From positions 70,421 through 134,420 of the forward strand of contig CBDAFS010000012.1 in assembly GCA_965195285.1 (NCBI GenBank): a stretch of 64,000 nucleotides of DNA, in the 5' to 3' direction. Source of the DNA: an uncultured Aminicenantes bacterium. Its GTDB lineage: Bacteria; Acidobacteriota; Aminicenantia; UBA2199. Shown piece by piece: positions 27,849 through 38,004 of the stretch (positions are counted from its first letter, which is position 1; every line of letters begins with the position of its first letter). A program made the position numbers and the translations under genes. A model generated the notes under the pieces. It searched no databases. It was not told the origin of the DNA and saw only the letters and a program-made list of their open reading frames with translations.

Positions 27849-29501
27849 ATGAAATCGGATATTGAAATTGCCCGTCAGGCATCTCTGGTGAAGATCAAGG
27901 AGATCAGAGAGAACCTCAATATAAAGGAAGAAGAATTCTGGTCCTTTGGCCGGTATAAAGGTAAAGTGTCATTGCGTCTGAATGAGCGGCTGAAGCATAG
28001 TCCGGAGGGGAAACTCATAGTGGTCACCGCCATTACCCCTACCAAGTTCGGAGAAGGAAAAACCACCACATCCATCGGTCTGTCCATGGGCATCAATAAG
28101 TTAGGGAAATCATCGATTGTTACCATCCGGGAGCCTTCTCTGGGTCCGGTCTTCGGAGTCAAGGGCGGGGCAGCTGGAGGCGGATTTTCCCAGGTGCTGC
28201 CCATGGAAGATATCAACCTGCATTTTACCGGTGATATACATGCCATCACCTCAGCCAATAATCTGCTGGCCGGAGTCATTGATAACCATATCCATTTTTC
28301 CAACACATTGAGGCTTGATACCCGCAAGATTATGTGGAAGCGAGCCATGGATATGAATGACCGGAACCTTCGAAATCTGGTAGTGGGCCTGGGCGGGAAA
28401 AAGCAGGGGTATCCCCGGGAGGACGGGTTTATCATCTCAGCTGCATCTGAAATCATGGCCATATTAACCCTGTCCCAGAATGTCGGAGATTTAAAGGAGA
28501 GGCTGGGTGAAATTCTGGTCGGCTTTGCCCGGAATGATCAGCCCGTATTTGCCAGGGATTTTCGTATCTGCGGGGCCATGTCTGTGGTGCTCAGGGAAGC
28601 CATCAACCCCAACCTGGTCCAGACCATTGAGAATACGCCGGCTTTTGTTCACAGCGGTCCCTTTGCCAATATATCCTTTGGCACAAACAGTATTGTGGCT
28701 ACCAAGATGGCCTTGAAACTCAGTGATTATGTAGTCACCGAGTGCGGGTTCGGATCGGACCTTGGTTTTGAGAAATATATTGACCTGGTTTCCCGGTTTG
28801 CCGGTTATAAAATTCATGCCGTGGTGGTGGTTGCCACAGTCAGGGCCTTGAAGCATCAGGGTGGTGGTGGTGATCTGCCGGCCCTGAAACAGGGATTAGC
28901 CAATCTGGGTAAACACATCGAGAATGTCAGTTCACTGGGCTTTTCTCCGATTGTGGCGGTAAATGTGTTTCCGGATGATCTGTCCCGGGAACTGGACTGC
29001 ATTACCGACTATTGTACCCGCAAGGGTGTGGCTGTGGAGTTGAGTGAAGCCTATGAAAGGGGAGGTGAGGGCTCAATGGCCCTGGCCAGAAAAGTAACGG
29101 CCATTGCCGATCAATCACGGGGTCAATTCGAGCGGATCTACGAGTTGGAAGATTCAATCCAAGAGAAAATAGAAAAAGTGGCCCTGAAAGTTTATGGAGC
29201 GGATGGGGTTATCTATTCCTGGGATGCCAAGAAGAAGCTCAAGTTGATCTCCAAGATGGGGCTCGATCATTTCCCCATCTGCATTGCCAAAACCCCTCTA
29301 TCGCTCTCGGACAATAAGAAAAAACTGAATGTCCCCACCGGATGGCGGTTGAATGTCAATGAGATCAACATTGCCCACGGAGCCGGTTATGTGATTCCGA
29401 TTTCCGGTGATGTCATGCTGATGCCCGGATTGCCACGGGTTCCATCGGCAGAGCATATTGATATTGATCCTGAAACCTGTCAGATCTCAGGGCTTTCTTA
29501 A
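27849..29501 (+). CDS. fhs: formate--tetrahydrofolate ligase
   Basis: Highly conserved Fhs sequence (TPTKFGEGKTTTSIGL P-loop region etc.); SD GAGGAGGA 6 nt before ATG 27849. Confidence 0.9.
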   Translation: MKSDIEIARQASLVKIKEIRENLNIKEEEFWSFGRYKGKVSLRLNERLKHSPEGKLIVVTAITPTKFGEGKTTTSIGLSMGINKLGKSSIVTIREPSLGPVFGVKGGAAGGGFSQVLPMEDINLHFTGDIHAITSANNLLAGVIDNHIHFSNTLRLDTRKIMWKRAMDMNDRNLRNLVVGLGGKKQGYPREDGFIISAASEIMAILTLSQNVGDLKERLGEILVGFARNDQPVFARDFRICGAMSVVLREAINPNLVQTIENTPAFVHSGPFANISFGTNSIVATKMALKLSDYVVTECGFGSDLGFEKYIDLVSRFAGYKIHAVVVVATVRALKHQGGGGDLPALKQGLANLGKHIENVSSLGFSPIVAVNVFPDDLSRELDCITDYCTRKGVAVELSEAYERGGEGSMALARKVTAIADQSRGQFERIYELEDSIQEKIEKVALKVYGADGVIYSWDAKKKLKLISKMGLDHFPICIAKTPLSLSDNKKKLNVPTGWRLNVNEINIAHGAGYVIPISGDVMLMPGLPRVPSAEHIDIDPETCQISGLS

Positions 29502-29518
29502 CCATAATAAATATAAAA

Positions 29519-29531
29519 GTCAAACGAAGAT
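29519..29531. repeat. left arm of 13-bp perfect inverted repeat (GTCAAACGAAGAT) bracketing the tandem paralog pair
   Basis: Exact reverse complement found at 34375..34387; the arms continue as a looser match (tcgatcc vs ctgaccc). Confidence 0.5.
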
Positions 29532-29646
29532 TCGATCCTTTCTTATGGGGAGAATTATTTTATTCTGTCCGACATATAAAATTAATGATTATAATTAAAA
29601 ACATTGACTTTTGGAAATTCAGTATATCTAATAGATAAAGGAGGTT

Positions 29647-32148
29647 GTGATGAGAGTGTTGGGTAATAAAAAAACTATATTTCTCCTTCTTCTTTTGTTT
29701 TTCTTTATGGCATTTTCAACTCATGGTTATGCCAGGGAAGAAAAGAGCAGTGAGGTTAAAATCTCATGGGAAGAATTTAAAAAACTATTAAATTTGGATG
29801 CTGATGAAGTCAGTCTGACCTGGGAAGAATTCAGGCAGTTAATTGCTCAGACCGGTGAAGAAAATACAATCCCATATACGGTAAAAAGCGGGAAGATCAT
29901 CCTGCCTCGGGAGCAGTTCAAACAATTGCTCAACAAGATGAAACTACCCAGAGTATCTATTTTAAAACCTCCGGCAGATTATATTATCACTAAAGCCGAA
30001 TATTCGGGACAATTGGAGAATAAAACGGCTGCCATTACTGTCCGGTTTTTTCTGGAAATCTTTGAAAAAGAAAGCAGAGACTATAGAAAAATTCCTTTTT
30101 TACCTCAATCGGTTGCTATTGAAGAGGTTTTGCTTGACGGTAAACCCGGGCTGGTTATGGAACAAAGCGGCTGGTATCATATCACTACTGCAGAAAAAGG
30201 GAGACATGTGTTAACAGTTAAATATTACACTCCATGCAACCTGGAAAAAGGTTCTCAAATCCTCAATATCACCATACCCAGAACTGCTATCACCCTGTTT
30301 GACCTGATAGTTCCCCTGGAAAATGTGGATATTGAAATTCCAAATGCAAAAGAATTACTAATATCACAAAAGAAAAAAAATACCAGAATCACTGCCATAC
30401 TTCCTGCTACGGATTATATTAAGGTACTTGCTCATCGTAAATATATTTCTACAAAAACGGTATCCGAAGAAACACCGGCAAAAATTTATGCTGAAACCGT
30501 CAACCTGCTTTCTATAGAAGAGGATGCAATAAGGGTTAACTGCCGGGTTAAACTGAATGTTCTTCAAAATACAATAAATCACATTAAAACAAAAATACCC
30601 GACAAATACACTATTCTATACATTTATAAGCGTAACGGGACACGACTGCGGGACTGGAAAACCATAAAAACCGAAAATAATGGCCAGATACTGCATATTC
30701 CATTTGATTCTCCGTTAGACGGCAGCATTGTCTTTAATATTATAGCTGAGCGTTTGTTTGAATCAGAAAAAACAGAGATTGATTTTAACGGTTTTCAGAT
30801 TATCGGAGCTATCAGGGAGACTGGATATATTGGTGCGGAAAAGAAAAGCACAGCAGAGGCAACACCTACGAAAGTTGAAAAATTAGACCGTATTGATATT
30901 AAAGACCTTCCCAATGAATTGATAAATATGTCTAAACGACCTCTCCTATTCGGATTCCGTTATTTACGCCATCCTCACAATATCTTAATGACAGTGACAA
31001 AACACAAAGAATTACCCAGTATCAGTACGGTAATTGATATGGCCAGTGTAATAACGGTTATCCTTGATAACGGTAAAATGCTAACAAAAGCAGTATTTAC
31101 GATCAGGAACACATATAAGCAGTTTCTTGACTTAGAACTTCCATCCGGTTCAAAGATCTGGACAGTATATGTAGCAGGAAAAAGGGAGAATGCATCAAAA
31201 ATAAAAGACAAGATATTAATCCCGCTTTCCCGTTCAAGTATGAAGGATAATATTCTGCAGAGTTTCACAGTGGATCTGATCTATTATGGAAAGGAAGATT
31301 CTTTGAATTTTGCAGGCAGCCAGAACATTCATTTTCCAAAAACAGATGTGATGATCAGCAAAATGATCTGGTCAGTCTATTTGCCCAGGAATTATAATTA
31401 CCTCCATTTTGCAGGGAATGTGGAGAAAGAAGAGATGGCGAGTACTTTTAATCTTATTTTAGGGAAGACCCGCGGTTTCAGCCTTGATAAAGCAAGGAAT
31501 TATTATGATGTAGGGATAAATATAGAAAAAGAACCACAAGATCAGAGACAGATGAGTGATTATGAACAGTCACTTCAGAGTGTGTTTAAGAACCAGTCCA
31601 TCAGACAGAAGGATATAGCAGTTCAGATGCAGAATGAGGCCAACCTGGAAACCATAATCAAACAGGAAAAGAGTAAAGGGCTTGGAATGCCCGGATCAAG
31701 TGCTGAGACCTTAAAAATCGAACTCCCAACCAGCGGTCAGATTTACAGATTCAATAAGACTGTTATTGAAGGGGAATCCATTACTCTGTATTCATATTAT
31801 ATTTCCAGGTCAGTCATGACACTTATTAAAATTGTAGTCATACTGATTATATTATTGTTTGTTTATCTATTGAGGAAAAAGATTAAAAATCTTTTTTACA
31901 GTATCTATAAATGGGTCGGTAACCAGGAAAAATTCTGGAGTTTTATCAAAACAAGAACCGGTTCGAGGCTTGCTCTGTTTATAGCTGCCTTATGTTTTGT
32001 TTTTATCTCCCACGTTATTTTTACGGTATTGGTGCTGCTTTTTATTATGGCAGTATTCAAGCCAAAATGGCTGGTACCGAAAATATCCGGTGAGCAGCAA
32101 GGGTTTCCGAAAAACCCAGAAGATAATAGAGGGTCAAGTGAATCATGA
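29647..32148 (+). CDS. large secreted protein of unknown function, C-terminal double-TM anchor (paralog A)
   Basis: Signal peptide; N-terminal tandem WEEF(K/R)xLL repeats; long blocks of similarity with downstream ORF (e.g. PPADYIITKAEYSG / PPKDYIITEAEYYG; LFGFRYLRHPHNILMTVTKH / ILSAFKYIKHPFKLLVRITKH); AAAGGAGG SD; AT-rich. Confidence 0.5.
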   Translation: MMRVLGNKKTIFLLLLLFFFMAFSTHGYAREEKSSEVKISWEEFKKLLNLDADEVSLTWEEFRQLIAQTGEENTIPYTVKSGKIILPREQFKQLLNKMKLPRVSILKPPADYIITKAEYSGQLENKTAAITVRFFLEIFEKESRDYRKIPFLPQSVAIEEVLLDGKPGLVMEQSGWYHITTAEKGRHVLTVKYYTPCNLEKGSQILNITIPRTAITLFDLIVPLENVDIEIPNAKELLISQKKKNTRITAILPATDYIKVLAHRKYISTKTVSEETPAKIYAETVNLLSIEEDAIRVNCRVKLNVLQNTINHIKTKIPDKYTILYIYKRNGTRLRDWKTIKTENNGQILHIPFDSPLDGSIVFNIIAERLFESEKTEIDFNGFQIIGAIRETGYIGAEKKSTAEATPTKVEKLDRIDIKDLPNELINMSKRPLLFGFRYLRHPHNILMTVTKHKELPSISTVIDMASVITVILDNGKMLTKAVFTIRNTYKQFLDLELPSGSKIWTVYVAGKRENASKIKDKILIPLSRSSMKDNILQSFTVDLIYYGKEDSLNFAGSQNIHFPKTDVMISKMIWSVYLPRNYNYLHFAGNVEKEEMASTFNLILGKTRGFSLDKARNYYDVGINIEKEPQDQRQMSDYEQSLQSVFKNQSIRQKDIAVQMQNEANLETIIKQEKSKGLGMPGSSAETLKIELPTSGQIYRFNKTVIEGESITLYSYYISRSVMTLIKIVVILIILLFVYLLRKKIKNLFYSIYKWVGNQEKFWSFIKTRTGSRLALFIAALCFVFISHVIFTVLVLLFIMAVFKPKWLVPKISGEQQGFPKNPEDNRGSSES

Positions 32149-34355
32149 ACAATAACAAATGTAAATATTTAATTATTATCCTGTTATTTTTCTTGTTTGC
32201 AGGCAATAACATTATCTTCAGCCAATCTACAGATAAGGAAGGTATTACTCTGACCTGGAAGGACCTGCAGAAACTCCTCAATCTTAATGCCAATAAAATA
32301 GAGATCACATGGGAGGGATTCAGGAAACTTCTTAAACAGACCGGGGCCCGGATGGATATGGTTTTTGAGATCAAAGACGGGATAGTGACTATCAAGCGGG
32401 AACAATTCAGGCAGATCCTCAAAAAAATGAAACCTGTTGAGAAAATTGTGGTGGATCCGCCCAAAGACTATATTATTACAGAAGCGGAATATTATGGAAC
32501 AGCAGGGAATAAGAATAGCAACTTTTCTGCCATATTTAAGATCTATGTTTTTGATCGAAAAAACCCGGTTTATATTAATATTCCGATTATTCACACCAAT
32601 TTTGCATTAAAAGATATCCGCGTTAATAAAAAGCCTGCGCTAATTCACACCAGAGGGGCCTGGCATAATCTCATCCTGAACCGGAAAGGCTTATATCGGG
32701 TTAAAGCTGTTTTTTCAATTGGAAACAATAAACAAAGCCTTTATCTTCCCGTTATTCGTTCAAATATCAACCGTTTGGATTTCACCGTATTAAATAATAA
32801 TCTGGAGATAAATGTTGATCCGTCCATAAATGTAAAAAGAAAAAACACAAGTAACAAGACTCAAATCCATACTAATTTCCCCCCGACAAGCAAGCTCCTG
32901 ATTAACTGGACCAGAAGGACAGAGAAGAGGGAAAAACAGCCCCCATTCTTTTATGCCAATACCCGTTCGTTAATTTCAGCGGAGGCTGATATTCTGCGGG
33001 TTAAAACCCGTGTTAATCTGGATATTATTCAGAGTACACTCGACAGGGTTTCCCTGGTGGTGCCGGAGAATTATGAAGTGATAAAAATCGATGGCGTGGC
33101 AGACAGCGAGTGGTGGGTAAGGAAAACCGCTATTGGAAGGGTTCTGGAGATCCATTTCAGGTATGATGTTGACCGTACTATCGGGTTTACCGTATATGCA
33201 GAACGAATGATGACTGCAGAAACTATTGCTGCTGATTTTACCGGTTTTAAGGTGATTAAAGCCAGAAGAGAGACCGGGGATTTAGGGATTGTTTCCGAAA
33301 GTTCGGTACAGGTTAACATAGATGAGAAAGATAATTCCGGACTGGAAAAAATAGAATTTCATAAACTGCCGAAAGGTTTTCTACATATATCATCACGTCC
33401 GATCCTGTCTGCCTTTAAATATATCAAACACCCTTTCAAGCTCCTTGTTCGTATAACCAAACATGACCGGGTAGAGGGTATTTCCACAGTAATTGAGTCT
33501 GCTGATATAACCTCACTTTTTTTAAAGGAAGGTAAAATGATCTATCATATTATGTATAGGGTACTGAATACCTATAAACAGTTCATGGAACTGGAACTGC
33601 CAAAAGATTCAATTATCTGGACTGTTTATGTAGATAATAAAAGGGGAAAAGCATCCAGCAATAAGAAAGGAAAAGTGTTGATCCCTTTGATACGTTCTTC
33701 TGGCAATGGGGAAAACATAAGGCCTTTTAATGTTGAGTTGATTTATACCTTACCCATAGATAAATTCAGAATATTCGGTAAAGGAGAGTGTTTTATTCCT
33801 TCCTGTGATATTTTTATAAATAAAATGAGAGTTTCACTGCACATACCCCAGGGATATGGTTATAATTTTGATAAAACCGGATGGGAGGAAGAGAAACCAC
33901 CAGATTCCAGGCAAAAAAGAAAAGAAGATATATCAAGAATTTCATCTTTTGAAGAAAAAACCGATAGATACAAACAAATTGAAAAAGCAATTACAGTTGA
34001 TAGTAAAGCACCTTTGAGTAAAAAAACAGATGAGACAGTAAAAGAAACTAAAGAAGGGGGCGTATCGGGTGGAGTGGTTGCAGGGGAATTAACTCCGCCT
34101 CCATCAGGAAAAGTTCAGAGAAAACCAAGATCCGGAATTGTTACCGGACCTGCAGGCCTCAGCTCAATAAAGGTTTATCTTCCCTTGTCCGGTATACGGT
34201 TTGTATTTTCTAAAAAAATTGTTGATAAAAACGAGAAATTTTCTTTACGGTTTTCTTATTTCAGCCAGTGGTTAAAAACCGGAATTATATACCTGTTTGT
34301 TTTTATAATTGTTATTGGTATAGCCATTATTATCAGGCGCAAATTTAAAAAATAA
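32145..34355 (+). CDS. large secreted protein of unknown function, C-terminal single TM anchor + basic tail (paralog B)
   Basis: Signal peptide, same conserved blocks as paralog A, C-terminal TM IIYLFVFIIVIGIAIII then RRKFKK; 4-bp overlap with paralog A. Confidence 0.5.
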   Translation: MNNNKCKYLIIILLFFLFAGNNIIFSQSTDKEGITLTWKDLQKLLNLNANKIEITWEGFRKLLKQTGARMDMVFEIKDGIVTIKREQFRQILKKMKPVEKIVVDPPKDYIITEAEYYGTAGNKNSNFSAIFKIYVFDRKNPVYINIPIIHTNFALKDIRVNKKPALIHTRGAWHNLILNRKGLYRVKAVFSIGNNKQSLYLPVIRSNINRLDFTVLNNNLEINVDPSINVKRKNTSNKTQIHTNFPPTSKLLINWTRRTEKREKQPPFFYANTRSLISAEADILRVKTRVNLDIIQSTLDRVSLVVPENYEVIKIDGVADSEWWVRKTAIGRVLEIHFRYDVDRTIGFTVYAERMMTAETIAADFTGFKVIKARRETGDLGIVSESSVQVNIDEKDNSGLEKIEFHKLPKGFLHISSRPILSAFKYIKHPFKLLVRITKHDRVEGISTVIESADITSLFLKEGKMIYHIMYRVLNTYKQFMELELPKDSIIWTVYVDNKRGKASSNKKGKVLIPLIRSSGNGENIRPFNVELIYTLPIDKFRIFGKGECFIPSCDIFINKMRVSLHIPQGYGYNFDKTGWEEEKPPDSRQKRKEDISRISSFEEKTDRYKQIEKAITVDSKAPLSKKTDETVKETKEGGVSGGVVAGELTPPPSGKVQRKPRSGIVTGPAGLSSIKVYLPLSGIRFVFSKKIVDKNEKFSLRFSYFSQWLKTGIIYLFVFIIVIGIAIIIRRKFKK

Positions 34356-34366
34356 AAATAAGATAA

Positions 34367-34388
34367 GGGGTCAGATCTTCGTTTGACG
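34367..34388. repeat. GGGGTCAGATCTT repeat copy + right arm of 13-bp inverted repeat (ATCTTCGTTTGAC)
   Basis: ggggtcagatcttcgtttgacg; same 13-mer GGGGTCAGATCTT at 37946..37958; reverse-complement-like AAAGACYTGACCC at 37979..37991 and 43289..43301. Confidence 0.5.
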
Positions 34389-34500
34389 TTTAAAAACACA
34401 ATTCTTTTATTTTCTTATTCTTCTATGTTTTCAAGAATATGCCGGCGCAACTTTTCAAAAGCCAGCGCTCCTGTTATATGCCCCTTTTCCAGCACTGTTA

Positions 34501-34626
34501 TTAAGCGTTCGTCATAACACTGTTTTTGATCAAGTTATCCATTTTTGATTTGTCATAAGATTGAGCATTTAGCTCAAATGCCATAAATAAGAAGAGTAAT
34601 GTGATTAATGTTAATTTTATTTTCAT
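34501..34626 (-). pseudogene. 41-aa signal-peptide-only ORF, probable remnant of a secreted-protein gene
   Basis: AAGGAGGAAT SD then MKIKLTLITLLFLFMAFELNAQSYDKSKMDNLIKNSVMTNA-stop; another frame continues ~35 codons (…ITVLEKGHITGALAFEKLRRHILENIEE) with no start. Confidence 0.3.
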
Positions 34627-34872
34627 TTTTTATTCCTCCTTGTTTTTTATCTCTTTTGGAAATTAACGTCGTAGGAAAATCTTTTTTTCATCTTAATGAA
34701 ATATTAGGGAAATTATTGTTCATTGTCAAAAAAGAAGGCGGAACCCATTCTATTTATCTTTCTGTCTACCTTTTCCAATCCTGCATAGAGGGGTAGGGCC
34801 AGTGTGTTGTGACCCCTTTTGTTTCAGAAACCCCTTAAAAAACAGGGACAATTTAATTGCTTCAATCTGTCA

Positions 34873-37827
34873 TTACCTTTGGACAGGTTCCAAATGTTGG
34901 TCTAGCCAATTAAGTACTTCTTTAATAAGTTGATTTCGAGGCACAAAATGTCCTGAATCATAGGTGATTTTTCGTTTAAGTTTCTGTGATGTTCCGAGTA
35001 GTTCAAACATTGGTCTTTGAGATGTTTTGTATATAAAACTGGCATCATATTTTCCATTTAACATGAGTACCGGAATCTTCATGCGAGGAAGAAAAGTAAA
35101 GGGATCAACTTCCGGAAGATGCTTTTTGGAACTCAGCCCGGCAACATATAGGACACATACCTTAATACGTTTTTCAATAGCGACCATTAAGGGGCCCAAT
35201 CGGCCTCCCCAACTGAAACCGTAATAGGCGAGTTTGGCCGTATCGATATCGATGCGGGTTTCCAGATAATCAATAGACCGCGCTAAATCTTTGTACCATT
35301 GAATCACATGTTCTTTGTAGGCAATTTCACTTTGGGAAGTTGATCTTTCCTTATAACGGCGCTCATAAGTACCCTTGAAAACAGGATAGATCACCGCACG
35401 TCCATCTCTTACAATAAAATCTATATTATTGAGAGTCAACAACGATGTACTGGACAACATACGGAGGGCGGAAGCACCTGGAAAATACACGACAACCTGA
35501 TAGGGTGGTTTAATATTGTTGGGAAGAAAAAGGTAGGCAATAACACGCTCATTACCATAGGCGGCATCAAATGAAATCTTTTGTTTTATCCAGATTTCTT
35601 TACTATGGTCTTCAGATTCGATTACTGCATTCAAATCTGTCTTATCATAAGCGTACATCCTCTTAAAAATCTCAAATTCTTGATCAGATACCGGCTGTTC
35701 ACTCATAAAATCTCTGGGAACTTTTGATTTTATCGGACTTTTGAGAATCGTCAGGTTTTCATCGGTTTCATGATAAGTAACACAACGAAATCCATTCATT
35801 GGAGACCGATCAAACGACGGCTGCGAATAATGCTTATCAGTGAACATATAAGGCGGGTCGCTCCAACCACCCCCTAAGGTAAGACGTTGCCCACTCAGGC
35901 TGCTTTTATTCCAGCACCATTCCCGTGCATTGCCGGCCATATCATGAGTTCCGAAGGAACTCATCGCATGATTGGTGCCCTTCGGAAGGGAACCGGAATT
36001 GTTGAAATTGCTTGCCAGAATTACAAATGAATTACCATGGGACATGTCGAATTCCCCGAGCATTTTTGGAAGACGCTGACGAGTATCTAGTCCCGCAGCC
36101 CTTCTCCAGTGGTAATAGGTTGGCAGTGACTTTCCCATAAAATCAGCATAGGCTTCCGCTTCATACCAACACACACCCGTTACCGGATAATCACCCTCGC
36201 CCTCCGGATAATCCCCGGCTTGCCATGTGGCCGGGCCGGGCCGACCGGTCTGATCAATGAATAGAGCAACGGCTTCGTTCCAGGAAAGGGTTTGTTCATC
36301 TTTCATGAAAGATTGTTTCCAGTACTGCTTATTTCTATATCCACCACTATCTACAAACCTCTTATATTCACTATTAGTAACCTCATATTTATCAATTAGA
36401 TAGTCTTTGATTTGCACTTCATGGATATCTTCACGATTTTGAAGGGTTACCTGAATTCTCACACTGGGTATACGCACCATGGACTCAGGAATATTTCCAT
36501 TCTCATCAAGCAGGTAACGCCTTTGATTAAGTTGATCCGAACTCGTTGCGTCATAAATGGTTCGGAATCCTTTTTTCTCAATTTTTATTCTGGAAAAACC
36601 AATCGGAAATCTGATGTTATCCAGTGGTGTTACTCCGGCATATTGCCAATCTTCCCCGTCTTTTGCGTTATATTCTTTCCAGAATATATTTGCATTGTTT
36701 GGTTCTGAACGAATAGTAAGATACCTCGAGAAGCGCGGCCAGAGTTTGACCAGCATGGGATCGTCAGGGATATGTTGCTTTGCCTTTGTGGCCAATTTAA
36801 AAGCAGTACTATAATGACCCTCTTCGGCAAGCCGTTCGATTTCAGGTATAACTTCATTTTTTGCCTCACGGATTTCAGTAAGACGATGAGTAAACCGTAT
36901 CAGGAGAAAAGAAATTGCGAGAATAATAAGAGTAAATGGAATAGCAAGTTTTGGCTTTTTGAATAATTTTAATATGTTCTTTATCTTTTTAAACCGAATG
37001 GGTGGTGTTTTAGACGTGGGTTGAAAATTCATCAGGTCCTTTAAGAGTTCGGTTATGGTAGAATAGCGTGATTTCGGATCTTTTTCGAGCGACCGAAGAA
37101 TGATTCGTTCAAAATCTTCCGGTAGATTATTTTGAAATTCTCTTGGATGTTTCGGGTCCTCATTCATAATCGAATACACCACCGCCTGTTCATATTCTCC
37201 CTTAAAAGGTAATTGTTCTGCAATCATTTCGTATAAAATCACTCCAAAAGACCAGATATCTGTTTTATAATCCACTTCGTCTCCACTCGCTTGCTCCGGA
37301 GACATATAGGCTACGGTTCCAAGTGTAGATTGTGTTTTGGTCAATTTAGTTCGTCCGGACAACTTGGCTAAACCAAAGTCAAGAATTTTTACTACGCCCT
37401 CAGTTGTGATAAAAATATTAGCAGGTTTTATATCTCTATGGATGATTCCTTTTTTATGTGCTTTTTCCAAACCTTCTGATATTTGGATCGATATATCAAC
37501 CGTTTCATCAAAATTTAATGTTCTCCGGCTAATTTTTTCCTTTAGTGTTTCGCCTTCATAATAATCCATACATATGAAAAAGCGCCCATCATCAGTTTTA
37601 TTTATTTCATGAATAGTGCAAATGTTATTGTGTTGGAGTGATGATGCAGATTGGGCCTCACGAATGAAACGTTCCTCGGTTTCTTTGTCTCTGGTCAATT
37701 CCGGTGGTAAAAACTTTAACGCTACATTGCGTTTTAGGTTGGTGTCCTCAGCTTTGTAAACCACTCCCATACCACCGGAACCAATTATGTCGAGAATTTT
37801 ATAATTAGAAATGGTTTTGCCAATCAT
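34873..37827 (-). CDS. Ser/Thr protein kinase - TM - FGE (formylglycine-generating enzyme/SUMF1)-like domain - alpha/beta-hydrolase fusion protein
   Basis: Kinase subdomains (GSGGMGVVYKA, HRDIKPANI, DFGLAK, APE-like); TM after residue ~290; FGE signatures (YEVTNSEYKRFV, WRRAAGLDT, HDMAGNAREWCWN, GGGWSDPP); C-terminal GFSWGG nucleophile elbow + SGHFV. Confidence 0.8.
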   Translation of the reverse strand: MIGKTISNYKILDIIGSGGMGVVYKAEDTNLKRNVALKFLPPELTRDKETEERFIREAQSASSLQHNNICTIHEINKTDDGRFFICMDYYEGETLKEKISRRTLNFDETVDISIQISEGLEKAHKKGIIHRDIKPANIFITTEGVVKILDFGLAKLSGRTKLTKTQSTLGTVAYMSPEQASGDEVDYKTDIWSFGVILYEMIAEQLPFKGEYEQAVVYSIMNEDPKHPREFQNNLPEDFERIILRSLEKDPKSRYSTITELLKDLMNFQPTSKTPPIRFKKIKNILKLFKKPKLAIPFTLIILAISFLLIRFTHRLTEIREAKNEVIPEIERLAEEGHYSTAFKLATKAKQHIPDDPMLVKLWPRFSRYLTIRSEPNNANIFWKEYNAKDGEDWQYAGVTPLDNIRFPIGFSRIKIEKKGFRTIYDATSSDQLNQRRYLLDENGNIPESMVRIPSVRIQVTLQNREDIHEVQIKDYLIDKYEVTNSEYKRFVDSGGYRNKQYWKQSFMKDEQTLSWNEAVALFIDQTGRPGPATWQAGDYPEGEGDYPVTGVCWYEAEAYADFMGKSLPTYYHWRRAAGLDTRQRLPKMLGEFDMSHGNSFVILASNFNNSGSLPKGTNHAMSSFGTHDMAGNAREWCWNKSSLSGQRLTLGGGWSDPPYMFTDKHYSQPSFDRSPMNGFRCVTYHETDENLTILKSPIKSKVPRDFMSEQPVSDQEFEIFKRMYAYDKTDLNAVIESEDHSKEIWIKQKISFDAAYGNERVIAYLFLPNNIKPPYQVVVYFPGASALRMLSSTSLLTLNNIDFIVRDGRAVIYPVFKGTYERRYKERSTSQSEIAYKEHVIQWYKDLARSIDYLETRIDIDTAKLAYYGFSWGGRLGPLMVAIEKRIKVCVLYVAGLSSKKHLPEVDPFTFLPRMKIPVLMLNGKYDASFIYKTSQRPMFELLGTSQKLKRKITYDSGHFVPRNQLIKEVLNWLDQHLEPVQR

Positions 37828-37945
37828 TATTACCTCGTAAATTATTTAAAAATTCTACCACTTTTAGATCTGATTTTTATAACAGTATAACACAACGATA
37901 ACCGGATTTAAACGCCTTATGGATTTTCAAAGAGGGGTCCAAAAA

Positions 37946-37991
37946 GGGGTCAGATCTTGGATTTTGCATTGTTAATTAAAAGACCTGACCC
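37946..37991 (-). terminator. rho-independent terminator of the outer-membrane protein gene (stem GGGTCAGrTCTT, 11/12 bp, followed by U5 on minus strand)
   Basis: ggggtcagatctt(37946-37958)...aaagacctgaccc(37979-37991) inverted pair; A5 on plus strand at 37941-37945 = U-tract for minus-strand transcript; 14 nt downstream of stop at 38005. Confidence 0.6.
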
Positions 37992-38004
37992 AGAATATGA
38001 ATAA

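Noticed and set aside
34790-34824. Kinase-gene terminator on minus strand
   Set aside because: The hairpin's U-tract is on the plus strand, so it cannot terminate the minus-strand kinase transcript; reported instead as a possible plus-strand element.
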